Of a stretch of DNA of 64,000 nucleotides, positions 26,485-37,800 are shown piece by piece. The position numbers were made by a program, and so were the translations under genes. Positions within the stretch are counted from its first letter, which is position 1, and each line of letters begins with the position of its first letter. Below the pieces are notes generated by a model. It was not told where the DNA came from, made no database searches, and worked only from the letters and a program-made list of their open reading frames with translations. The stretch is from Parabacteroides sp. (lineage in GTDB: Bacteria > Bacteroidota > Bacteroidia > Bacteroidales > Tannerellaceae), in NCBI GenBank assembly GCA_017560165.1, contig JAFYOM010000014.1, forward strand, positions 74,071 to 138,070, given 5' to 3'.

Positions 26485-29400
26485 TTACATAATTTTTATT
26501 GGTTCTGTATTTGGTATTGTTGAATGCAACCATTTACCCCGGTATTGTTTGTCAGCATATACAAATACGCCATTTCGTATAAATGGTATAATTTTTAATG
26601 TATTTGATATATCGTCTATTTTTGCAGATGGTGAATTTGATATGTATAATGTCATTGATTTGTCAATCTTCCCAGAAGCATACAAAATATACATATCATC
26701 TTCGATGGAATATTTAGATTTTAGAGTGATTGTTTTATTTGAATTTATGTGACGATTTGGGAATAATGGATTTGTTGTTTGCTCATACTTCCAAACATTA
26801 TCAAACATTTCCAATATCTTTTCATTAGGAGCTTCTAATAATCCAATATCTTGAGAATACACATAGTATATATCAACACCATTCAATGATGGTATCTCTG
26901 GTGGTGCTTCTTCGTTAGATACAATTGTTTTCATTATATCTTCTTCAATGTTTTTATTGTTTGGATTTGATATAATAGGTTTTGTATATGATTGTAATGG
27001 TTCTTGTTCATTTGCATTGAATGTATACTTTATATCTTGAGAATATACGGTATTATCATTCTTCGCGATTCTGTATGATGAATATGTTTTCCCATTTATA
27101 TCGACATAAACATTGTGTTGTTCTGTCAATATTGAATCATTAAAATCATCCACCAGTTCAACACATTCAAAATTTCTCAAAGATTTCAAATTTATCAATT
27201 GAACACATGTAGGAGATATGATTTTAACCTCATCTCTCAAGTATCTACCATTTACCCAGAACTCATAATGATCACGTGACAAAGGTGATGGTAAATATCC
27301 GGTCATATCAATAATACCATTTTTCGGAATCTTATGTATCGAATATCTACAAATTGAAATGAATGTGTTTTTACCCACATGAATATTCGTATTTTCAGAA
27401 GTGTCAATAACCAATCTTTCATTGTTATTATTTTTTATAACATTTCCTATTGGATATTTGATATCTTTGTCGTTATTATAATAATACAGATATGGATTCA
27501 TATCATTTGACGAATCATATTGTGCAATGTTGCTGTTACTATTTTTGACATATTCGTTCTTAAATACAAAAGATATTTTTCCGACTATCGGATTATGTGG
27601 TACTAAAACGAATTCATTTGGAAGTATTTTATATTTAGCAAACTCGTTGTTTATATTCACCCAATTTCCATTCACAACAGATTGCTCTATTGGGAAAACA
27701 TTGACGGTTATAATACCTCCGGTATGTGGATAAGTTGTGTCTTTGAATACTGTACATATATAAGATCCATTTGCCGATGTTGGTAATGTTGATTTTGTAA
27801 TTGTCACGATTTGATTATCACCATCTGATTCAACATATCCTTCAAACATTACAGATGAAATATTTCCGTTGTATGAAGAATTGGAATTATTTGAAATTGA
27901 TATAAGTTTGATTGTTTGATTTGGAATGAAACCATCGATTGGTTGTATTACATTTGCAATATATGATGGAATCAAATATTTTTCATTTGTTGTTGTATCT
28001 TTAAAAGGTAATCTAACGTACATATCAAAATCATTATAATCCATATCGTTTCCATTATTCGTTGCAATCATATCTATGAATCTGATATTTGGAGTATTCA
28101 CATTTCTTCCGTTTATTTTTGGTCTGTTGAATAAGTATCCATTCATATTGAATTGATCAATTTCGGAATATGTATCGAATTCATATGTCTCTTTACCATC
28201 GAATTGTTTTCTGATGAATATGTTCTCGTATGGATCATAATCCGTAATAGCAGGATCAATAACAAGCAATGGTTTGAAACGAACATCACATGTTTTTGGA
28301 TTTAGTTCAATATCATCAAATACATCCGATTTATCATATGCAAAATATATCAGAATATTTCTTGATGATGGAAAGTATTCATTTGGTATTATTGTAATAG
28401 AATTCATAATACGTGAAGTGGTGTAATTATCATATTCTCCAATCTTGATATTATCCAACATATTGATTTGTACAGTATACGAATAAGGATCAATCCATTC
28501 ATGATTCTCCCAATCATATATAAAAACTTCAATATTTTCGGTATATGGTATATTCTTAATACGAGTAACAGAATTAAAGTTTCTGGGTGCCCTGCCATTG
28601 TTTATGTAAACTAATGCAGCTTCATATGTTCGAACATTATACCATGTCGTTGGTGTTTCGAGTTGTGTCAAATAAGAATATACTCGTTTCATATTTGATT
28701 CTATTTTTTGTTGTTTCGATTCGAGTTTTGATATCTTTAGTTTGAAATTCTCCCATTGATATTTTGTGGGATTTTCAATCTTTTTCCATTCCTCCCATTC
28801 CTCATCAATAGTTGATTTAATGTTATCACTTTCGATAAGATATTCATTATATTTCCTATCAAATACTGCACGTTCTTTATCCCATATGAAATGATCATTT
28901 GGTTCTTCTCTCAGTATAGGATATTTCTCAGGATTTGTCATTTCATCAAATGAATGATTAATCAATTTGATTTCGATGTTTTGTGTATTATCCATAGAAT
29001 CTGTTGAACCAATATAAACCATATTATGTGTTTGAGGATGATCATCTGGATAACGATTTTTAACACCATCATCAAAAATCCAATTTAAACGAGTATACAC
29101 ATATGGTGCATTCGTTGATACAAATATCGGATCTCCCGGCATGGAATATGCATTTGGATTATCTTCATCTGAAGGATTGAAATCATTTGGATATTTCGGA
29201 ACTTGATAAAATGTATAATCCGAATTATTATATTCATCCAAGAAGTTTGAAATATTATCATCAATAACAGTACATGTTATTGCATTTTCCATGTACCGTT
29301 TAATTGTAGAAATATCTTGAATATTGAACCATTTACAATTTATGGAATCAACAACCGCTTCAACAAATCCATTGTTTATTGCCATATCAACCGCAGTTAC

Positions 29401-32400
29401 AATTATAGGAAATACAAATGATTCATCATCATTCATCAACCATAGTGTTTGACCCACAAAATACTTTCCACCGACAGATTCTATTTCATCATTCTCTATC
29501 GGGATATGTAAAACTTGCACGGGTTTAAAATACATACCAGATGATTCGTGTTGTGCAAAATCATGATTTGACATTCTGTTCATCAAATATCCGGGGAGAT
29601 ATATTCTATCTATTGAACCTGGCAAATAAGTTACAGGTTCTAATACGAGTTCGGATGTATGATCGAGTTGTTTGTAATTGTTTCCTAAATATAGTTCATA
29701 ATTCATTTTACCGAATTTCTTATTGACTATGAAATCTTTATTATCTGTAGAATCGATTTCAAATTCTTCATGGATATTCTGAATATCAATGCATTCATTC
29801 TTCATGTTTGGATATTGTGTAAATGTAACCATATCATCTGCAGAAGAACCTATCTTGAAAAAACTCATTGTTCCATCTATTGTTCTGATGATATTTCCAT
29901 CTTGAGATAACACTTTCATCGATACATTTAAATCAGAACCTTCGAAGAATGCATATTCGCATATCTTTGATATGTTTGTGATTATCCATGAACCATTCAC
30001 ATTATCAACGATTGGTTCAAATATCAATGTTGAATCTACATCAATGATTTGTCCAACCGGGGGGTGAAAACGTGTACCTGATGTAATATCTACAGATACA
30101 ACATATGGTTTTTCGGAATATGTAATCGTTTTGTCGTAAATGATATCATCAAGAATATAAAAATCGAATATCCAATTCTCGATAATTTCTTCACAATAAT
30201 CAATGATCGGTTTTATGAGTGATAAATAATTTGACGAATATAAATTGTTTATCATATTATTTAATACTCGAATTTTTGATGCTGTATTTCTACCGGTTGG
30301 AGAAATATAATCACCAAATGCAATTGCAAATGGTTCAAATACGTTGTTTCCTTTTATGATAGAATTTTCATTTTCTGCACGCGAATTATCAAGATTTTGA
30401 ATCATTTCAATATCAATGTTTTCAACCCACTGTAAGAAATTATAAACGGATTGAGTTTCATTTATCTTTTTGAAATGTAAGTACAGATTGCGTACACGAT
30501 GAGAAACACCATCATCAAATCCCGTGTTCTTGTAAACATTCTGCAAAGTTTTCAAAAATTCATTTGAAACATTCTCTATCGTGGTTAATCTACCATTATA
30601 ATTTATTCCACGAATTGAAGATATCTGTCCCAATATTGGATATAACTTTTGTGAGAAATTATCTGAGAATATTGAATTAATGACATTGCGGGTGTTTGGA
30701 TTTATAAAATCATTATTGTATTTTGAAATGTAATTTGATAATTGAGATATTATTGAATCGATATTATCAGAATATGTTATGAGATTATCGGTCATGTTTA
30801 TTGGGATTTTGTAGTTTGTTTGAATGTATGATATCATATCATAACATGCAATGATATATCTTGTTAATAGTTTACAAGCTCCAATATCATATCTGTAACA
30901 AACAGCATTCGCATTATAATTATATATGTTAGAATAAGCCACATGACCAGATTCAAACGAATAATCATTTTCTTCAATAACAGGATATTCAGTTTCGTTT
31001 TCATAAATATTAAACACGTATCGATATGGAGAAGCAGTAATCATTTGACCAGTGTTATCTGTCATGAATGGTAATCCGTAAAATGTATACAGAGCAGTAT
31101 CTTGAGGAATTGAACTATGATCAATGTCAACACGAATTGGAGATATTGATAGAATAGAATAATTTATAGGAGACATATATGAACGATCGATATTATCTCC
31201 CACATTAATATCTGCATAACGATTTGATTGTTTTGATTTTACAATCATTCTATATAAGTATGATTGCAATTGATCTTCATTACCATTCATCAATTCCAAC
31301 GTATAGAACAAGAAATTCACGGCAAATGGAGCATTATCGGAATATTCATTATAATTATCCCAATTTAATGACGATGCATTAGATGGTTCATAATTCATTT
31401 CTGTAGGATACATATCAATGATATCTTCACCGTTTATTTTTCGTTTTAATATTTTTGATAAAACGTGAACCGATGTATCTTCATCATATTTACCATATAC
31501 CATTTTACACAGTTTCATGATCTTGTTTTCCGCATTCCAATACTTAACATATCCAAGATGTCTTTCTACTTCGTCATAGAATGTATCAAAATCAAATACT
31601 TGATCAAGCGTTAAAGCATTAATGTTCAATTCAACGGGATTTTCAGTATCTGTATATAATACGAAGAATTTGAATATTTCATCACCTTTCAAATCATCAT
31701 TGATATAGAATGTATTTCCTATACCTTTAAAGTGTTCAATGTTTGGAACGTCAAATACCCAACAATTATCTTCGTTATCATATTTCATTGTGATGAAACA
31801 TTGTTCTGAAACGGGGCGGTTGAATCTGTTTGCATTATCGACAACGAAATAATTTCCGGTATTTTTGATGACTGTTCTGAATGGTTTTAATTCATCTGCT
31901 TCAAATGGTTTCAAGATATAATCGACGAATGTTGTGAAACCGTTTTCATATAATTCTGGGAATACATTGTAATCGGTATATTGTGATATATTATTTAATG
32001 TCGTATTATTGATAAAATTATTTACATTATTCATGAACTTTTCGAACTTATTGATTCTATCGGAATCAACCAATGAAGTCAACAAACTTCCTTCGAGATA
32101 TGTTCTGAAGCATGGAAGCATAATCTTCTGAATACTTAACATAACACTCTTCAAATATGTTAAAGAAGTATTATCAATATTTCCTTCAGAAACACGGTTT
32201 CCGATATTCTTTATGCTATTACTAACATCAATCATATTATTTCTCAATCTCAAACAATCGGAAATTATTATGAAAGAATTGTTTGTACTACGATCGAGTA
32301 CAATTGGAGGAGTGCATTTTTCGAGTTCATTAACACCATATGTTGAAGATCCATATATGTCATTAGTACCATCAGAAATACCATCACCATTTGACGAGTA

Positions 32401-33402
32401 TATTCTACGACTATCGACAATATCTTCATAGTTTACCGCCGGATATATGTTAGGAACTTCGTGAAAATATTTTAATGCATATACTGTAACGGATATTGTT
32501 TTCGTACCTAAACGAACAAATTCATCCATTGTATATTGTTGAAGATTGGATAATTCAATACCGGATGTTGTCAATACACCAAAGTTTGGAACTGATGCAA
32601 CTGTCTTGGAGTAATTCTTATCGTACATATTTACAATACATCTTTCACCAATTGCATTAGGACAATTCATCGGGATTTTTGTTTTATTATTATACAATTC
32701 ATCATATGACATCGTTGTAGTATATACTTTAGATGCATCGAGTTTGTATATGACAAAATAGCATTGTTTATAATCATATGGCCAATTGATTTTAAATTTA
32801 AATCCTTTATCATCAATTGCAACCAAACAGTCATTACTAATACGACCATTAACGCAACACATTAAAGTGAATCCGAGTAAATCGGTATATGGTGATTTGA
32901 TAAACTCTGTCAATGGTATGAATTTGTCATTCCCATTAGTATGCATTTTGTCCAATTGTTGACGAATGAACTCATCTCGATCACCGAAATGCAACTGATC
33001 AAATGGAGCTTCAACGACATAGTATCGAGAAAAACGATCTGATGAAACATAACGTTTATCAGTATTCCAACATTTGAACATTATCGCGGAAGTATTAACC
33101 AACATTCTACTCATTGAATTTGTTAATGACTTTCTGTAAGTCTCCACCAGAGCGTTGTCTATATCAGAAAAATCATAATTTGATTTTTCCATAAGATCCA
33201 ATAGTTTATTGAATCCACGTTTATTGGAAATTATTCCGTAAGGTTGTTGATTGAATAATTCAGAACTTAAATCTTCCAACTTTTTATATCTATCACCAAC
33301 ATTAATCGTTTTCGTATCATTATAATCAACAACCCCATTGATCCCAGAGTTTGTTAAATATTCATGTGATTTGTAAAACCAACGATTGTAATTCGGTTTC
33401 AT
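26485..33402 (-). CDS. very large putative virion structural protein
   Basis: 2305 aa, N/Y/I-rich, beta-rich C-terminus (YEFWVNGRYL); GAAAGGAA RBS; function inferred only. Confidence 0.6.
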   Translation of the reverse strand: MKPNYNRWFYKSHEYLTNSGINGVVDYNDTKTINVGDRYKKLEDLSSELFNQQPYGIISNKRGFNKLLDLMEKSNYDFSDIDNALVETYRKSLTNSMSRMLVNTSAIMFKCWNTDKRYVSSDRFSRYYVVEAPFDQLHFGDRDEFIRQQLDKMHTNGNDKFIPLTEFIKSPYTDLLGFTLMCCVNGRISNDCLVAIDDKGFKFKINWPYDYKQCYFVIYKLDASKVYTTTMSYDELYNNKTKIPMNCPNAIGERCIVNMYDKNYSKTVASVPNFGVLTTSGIELSNLQQYTMDEFVRLGTKTISVTVYALKYFHEVPNIYPAVNYEDIVDSRRIYSSNGDGISDGTNDIYGSSTYGVNELEKCTPPIVLDRSTNNSFIIISDCLRLRNNMIDVSNSIKNIGNRVSEGNIDNTSLTYLKSVMLSIQKIMLPCFRTYLEGSLLTSLVDSDRINKFEKFMNNVNNFINNTTLNNISQYTDYNVFPELYENGFTTFVDYILKPFEADELKPFRTVIKNTGNYFVVDNANRFNRPVSEQCFITMKYDNEDNCWVFDVPNIEHFKGIGNTFYINDDLKGDEIFKFFVLYTDTENPVELNINALTLDQVFDFDTFYDEVERHLGYVKYWNAENKIMKLCKMVYGKYDEDTSVHVLSKILKRKINGEDIIDMYPTEMNYEPSNASSLNWDNYNEYSDNAPFAVNFLFYTLELMNGNEDQLQSYLYRMIVKSKQSNRYADINVGDNIDRSYMSPINYSILSISPIRVDIDHSSIPQDTALYTFYGLPFMTDNTGQMITASPYRYVFNIYENETEYPVIEENDYSFESGHVAYSNIYNYNANAVCYRYDIGACKLLTRYIIACYDMISYIQTNYKIPINMTDNLITYSDNIDSIISQLSNYISKYNNDFINPNTRNVINSIFSDNFSQKLYPILGQISSIRGINYNGRLTTIENVSNEFLKTLQNVYKNTGFDDGVSHRVRNLYLHFKKINETQSVYNFLQWVENIDIEMIQNLDNSRAENENSIIKGNNVFEPFAIAFGDYISPTGRNTASKIRVLNNMINNLYSSNYLSLIKPIIDYCEEIIENWIFDFYILDDIIYDKTITYSEKPYVVSVDITSGTRFHPPVGQIIDVDSTLIFEPIVDNVNGSWIITNISKICEYAFFEGSDLNVSMKVLSQDGNIIRTIDGTMSFFKIGSSADDMVTFTQYPNMKNECIDIQNIHEEFEIDSTDNKDFIVNKKFGKMNYELYLGNNYKQLDHTSELVLEPVTYLPGSIDRIYLPGYLMNRMSNHDFAQHESSGMYFKPVQVLHIPIENDEIESVGGKYFVGQTLWLMNDDESFVFPIIVTAVDMAINNGFVEAVVDSINCKWFNIQDISTIKRYMENAITCTVIDDNISNFLDEYNNSDYTFYQVPKYPNDFNPSDEDNPNAYSMPGDPIFVSTNAPYVYTRLNWIFDDGVKNRYPDDHPQTHNMVYIGSTDSMDNTQNIEIKLINHSFDEMTNPEKYPILREEPNDHFIWDKERAVFDRKYNEYLIESDNIKSTIDEEWEEWKKIENPTKYQWENFKLKISKLESKQQKIESNMKRVYSYLTQLETPTTWYNVRTYEAALVYINNGRAPRNFNSVTRIKNIPYTENIEVFIYDWENHEWIDPYSYTVQINMLDNIKIGEYDNYTTSRIMNSITIIPNEYFPSSRNILIYFAYDKSDVFDDIELNPKTCDVRFKPLLVIDPAITDYDPYENIFIRKQFDGKETYEFDTYSEIDQFNMNGYLFNRPKINGRNVNTPNIRFIDMIATNNGNDMDYNDFDMYVRLPFKDTTTNEKYLIPSYIANVIQPIDGFIPNQTIKLISISNNSNSSYNGNISSVMFEGYVESDGDNQIVTITKSTLPTSANGSYICTVFKDTTYPHTGGIITVNVFPIEQSVVNGNWVNINNEFAKYKILPNEFVLVPHNPIVGKISFVFKNEYVKNSNSNIAQYDSSNDMNPYLYYYNNDKDIKYPIGNVIKNNNNERLVIDTSENTNIHVGKNTFISICRYSIHKIPKNGIIDMTGYLPSPLSRDHYEFWVNGRYLRDEVKIISPTCVQLINLKSLRNFECVELVDDFNDSILTEQHNVYVDINGKTYSSYRIAKNDNTVYSQDIKYTFNANEQEPLQSYTKPIISNPNNKNIEEDIMKTIVSNEEAPPEIPSLNGVDIYYVYSQDIGLLEAPNEKILEMFDNVWKYEQTTNPLFPNRHINSNKTITLKSKYSIEDDMYILYASGKIDKSMTLYISNSPSAKIDDISNTLKIIPFIRNGVFVYADKQYRGKWLHSTIPNTEPIKIM

Positions 33403-33555
33403 TAAACATCATTCCTTTCTTAATAATGTGGAATCGCTTACCTTGTCGTTTCCGATTATTTCAATATTTCATATATATATTATTAATATGAATAGAAAGA
33501 AATAAATTTAATCTATTCATCGGAAGAATAAATCTGATTCAAAGGAGGAATCATT

Positions 33556-34026
33556 ATGTTGAAACTTAAATGGGAAAATGATGGTAGAAGATCAGCAATG
33601 GTTAATCTACCATTTCCGTTAACAAGAACATCTAAATCAAAAATTACTTCTGTGAAAAAATGGGGTTTGCGAGGAACCACATTGCAGAAGATCATGAATG
33701 CTCTAAATATTAAAATGCCTTTTGGCATAAGCTCAAATGAATGGGCTGACAATATAACAGTTGACTATATCTATGATTACCTTGAAAGAGGTTGTCGCTA
33801 TATGTCATCTGATTGGGAAGCATTCTCTGAAATAATTATAATAGGTTCTGAACTCGGATGGATTCCGGACATATGTATCGGAACTGAATTAAATGATCCT
33901 CGATTCATACCTTTTGGTGTATGCTATGTTGAGGATCTCAATGGACTCATATATGTTTGGGAAAAACATAATAAACATCCCGAACTTATATCAATAGCAA
34001 AAGAAATTTTGAACAATAACATCTAA
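33556..34026 (+). CDS. hypothetical protein
   Basis: 156 aa, AAAGGAGG RBS, TATATTAT at 33476. Confidence 0.7.
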   Translation: MLKLKWENDGRRSAMVNLPFPLTRTSKSKITSVKKWGLRGTTLQKIMNALNIKMPFGISSNEWADNITVDYIYDYLERGCRYMSSDWEAFSEIIIIGSELGWIPDICIGTELNDPRFIPFGVCYVEDLNGLIYVWEKHNKHPELISIAKEILNNNI

Positions 34027-34100
34027 GTCCTGACCAGTCATCAGGCCAGATTTGTATGCTACCCACATCGAATCTGAAAGATACTACAGGAGGTATCATT

Positions 34101-34532
34101 ATGAATAATAACACAATCATGAAAATCGAATTCGGAGCACTGACACTCGAAGGACGCACAGGAATCCCTACACTTGAAATCAAGGCAGGGGACAGAAGCT
34201 ATTTCCTTACCCCATTCCGCGGATACCGCTTCCAGGTAAGCGGCTCCAAGGATGGCGACGGTGACTATGGTAGCAGCCCCGTCATCCACTACAAGGAGGC
34301 CATCGGAGGCCTTCACTATGCCGTAACAACAGGAATCATAGACTCTGCCGCAAGAGACGCCCTCTCAAGGTTCTGTGACGGCAGAGGCGTAATGCCTCAC
34401 ATCGGTCCTATGACTCATATCTGGTATGAATTCATAGATGAGTCACACAAGTGGCTCTTCGGCAAGGATTCAAACTACATTGTCACAGATCGCTCAGTTA
34501 AGGACAACAGAAAAGATAGTATCATAAAATAA
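34101..34532 (+). CDS. hypothetical protein, GC-rich
   Basis: AGGAGGT RBS before ATG 34101; atypical base composition. Confidence 0.7.
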   Translation: MNNNTIMKIEFGALTLEGRTGIPTLEIKAGDRSYFLTPFRGYRFQVSGSKDGDGDYGSSPVIHYKEAIGGLHYAVTTGIIDSAARDALSRFCDGRGVMPHIGPMTHIWYEFIDESHKWLFGKDSNYIVTDRSVKDNRKDSIIK

Positions 34533-34545
34533 GGAGGAAATAACA

Positions 34546-34677
34546 ATGGGCCGTATTTACGAATATGATTGGATCGAGAGAAATACTCTTGGTCTGTATA
34601 CAGACCAAGATATAAAATATCTTGATAGTAATGATGAAAAGAAAGAAGAAGATCCTGACGAAAATCAGGATCAGTAA
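34546..34677 (+). CDS. small acidic protein (43 aa, not in ORF track)
   Basis: AAGGAGG RBS; MGRIYEYDWIERNTLGLYTDQDIKYLDS...DQ*. Confidence 0.55.
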   Translation: MGRIYEYDWIERNTLGLYTDQDIKYLDSNDEKKEEDPDENQDQ

Positions 34678-34815
34678 AATTAAATAACAAGTAGGAACGG
34701 GGGCAAATGCCCCCGCGACCGAACGTTATTTTTTTTTTTGATTTTTGAGAAAGGAGAAATATAATAAAATAAGGGGAGGGGGGAGCAACCCCCTCCATTA
34801 TACTTCATAATGAAT

Positions 34816-37800
34816 TTAAGAATTTTCCCACAGATCCCTTATTTTCTTTTTGGTTTCAACTAAAATTTTATTACCTGCAGCAATAACTACAACAGACGGT
34901 ATCATTCTCTTCAATATCGAAGAACTCGCTACGAACATTGATATTTCTTCATCCGGACGAGATTCGGAATATGGTTCTAATCCCTCAGGAATTACTTCGG
35001 AGATAATTTGTTTTGATGCAGCATATGCAACACACTTATCACCGACAGAACATTCATCACCATGTTCGATATATATTTCGACAAGAACATCACATGTTAT
35101 ACCTTTAATAGTAGAACCTTTCAATGGTTCTGTTGGTCTATCATATAACATTCCCATTTTATATACATTATTGCCTCTCTCATATTTATCGAGGGTTCTT
35201 CTTCTGCGAATGTTTTCTTTGAAATGTCCATCAACGATATTGAACAATGATGGTGATAATCTATCAAGACTCTTACAAGTATAAATTTTTACATCAACAA
35301 CTGTACCCGCTTCTTTTGAACGCAAGATACGTTTTGCAGAATCTATTGCGGAATTTGTACCATCTTTATCTTGGAATGCACGTAAGAAATTATCAACAGC
35401 CTTATCACCAGTATCACCCAAACCGAATGTGATTAATGGATCACCGATTTCAACTTCATCTCCTACTTGAACGATACGCTCAATATCATCAGTTGCATTG
35501 AGTTTGAACATTTGCTTCATTGTTATTTTTGTTGCTAAACGTTTGCTCATTTTTGCAGTCATAATACCGGCATCTTCATATGTTGAATAAATACCAGTAA
35601 ATGCAACCTTTGCCAATGGACCAATATTCTCACGAACAATACCATCAGAATCTTTAGAGAAGAATCTTTCATGATATGCAAGAATATCATCTTTCTTAAA
35701 TGAATCTCCCTGATGGAAGTTCGAAAGGAGTTTATTATCAACATAGAAACCAGAACCAGAGTTGAATGATTGGCGATGACCGATATTGATAGAACGTTTC
35801 TTTCCACTCTTATATTGTACGATGAGATAGTCTTCAGTTTCTTCTAATACTTTACCATCTTCATCTGCAAGTACAGAGAATTCATCTGTTAAGTATGCGG
35901 GTACAACTTCATCAAATCCATTAGATATAAGACAAGGTTGTGCATCTGCAGTTGATACGATATGTGATGTTTGTGATGTTGCAATCGCAGTACGAATAGC
36001 ATCATCTCTTGATACTGTTCCAGGAGTCTCTAACTCTGAGCATGATGCAAGTTGGAAATCATTGTAGTCAGCATCTGGACCAATTGTATCTGTGTAACCA
36101 CGAACAGAAGTCAATTTAGGATTTGCGGTTAATTGTCGTGAGATACCAACATTACCAGAGTTAGGAGATGACATTGCAACTTTACCGATCATAGTATCAT
36201 CATAAGAACGTTTTACAACGTTATATGCACGATCATCGTTAACACCTGAGAATCCTTTCTTAGTTACTTCTTCACGAGCATGAAGTTCAACCATAGGATT
36301 GAGTGCAGACATTGTGGTTACATTTGGAACTGCGAGTAATTCATTCAATACTTCGTTTGGATTGAAGTTGAATGATGCTGAACGCGATTTTGATCCGACG
36401 GAATTGTTGTATCTTGAAATATTATATGCCAAACGATAATGGATTATTGCGGGGATTATTTCCGATGAACGAATACGATACAATGAAGCTTGGTTCTCAC
36501 CAGTAAATGAATTATCAGCCAACATGTTCGATGCGTATATTAACATTCCGGCAATATCATTTGGAATATTGTAATGGAGACAAACATCCTTTGTGATTGC
36601 ATCAACAAAGAATTGATAATATGTAATGAACGTTGTTAATTGTGAATATTGTTTGAAGAATTGTTGATTGAATATATCAACATATATAGAATTGGATTGC
36701 ATGATTGGTGTGTCGAATTCTGCAAACGCGAATGATTTCGTAGGTATTCTGTAGAAGCCGTTGAAAATCAATTGATTTGGAGTTGTCATTGGTATTGCAA
36801 GAATCTTATCTTTGAATGGTATGGTAAAGTATTTAGAATCATTGAATGATTTATCAACAAATAATGCTTTAACATTACTCTTCTTCAATAATGATGTTAT
36901 ACCTTCCCAAGCCGCTATCGCAACACCAAGTGGCATTGTCTGACCAATAATAATTTGAGTATACATGGATAATTTGCCAGGTTTTGTTTTTGAGTATTGA
37001 CTGATGAGATCTTCGGATAATGTTTGAAGCATTGTATCTGTTAATGTTTTTCCATCACGTGTTAATCCGGTTTCTGTATTAACAACAACAGGTACTTTGT
37101 TAATCATACCACAACAGAATTCATTTGGTTGTAGTGTAACAAATCCGTATGCTTTTGCACATATCATTCTATTGAAGAATATTTCACAATTCTTTTCTTT
37201 ATTTATAAATGAAGCCCATTGTTTAGCATATTCATCATATTCAATTGTAGATTCATAATGTGAATTGGAATTCATTGAATTTCCCGGTTTTACATATTTA
37301 TTTTTGCCATCTGGAGAATTTAATGAATTGATTGTTTTAGTAAACATACCGATATCTACGAGAGATTTTGTATCATATCTTTCAACAGTAATTTTATTGT
37401 AGTTTGTTGTGATGATTACTTTTTTCTTGGATATTTTAAGTATTGGGATTGGGAAATCCTGTTTACCAATATTATACCAAATGCCGTTATTGTAAAATCT
37501 ACCATTTACAACTTTTGGAACACGTATATTTATTACTGAAGATTTATCCGAAGATTTATTCTTCAAAGTAACTCTCCAATTGTTCATGAGAGTTGTTGCT
37601 GTAGAAATATCAGTAACTTCAACATTTGTTACATAAAATCCATCAGGCAATGATGATAGATTCATAAATGTTGCAACTATATCCCTATCCATCAGATTGT
37701 CTTCGTATTCTTTTGCTATACTTGTAAAAGGTGTAGACTTTTGTGCAGAAGGGCATGTTGTAACAATATTCCTCGGTTTTCTCGGAATAGGTAATGGTGT

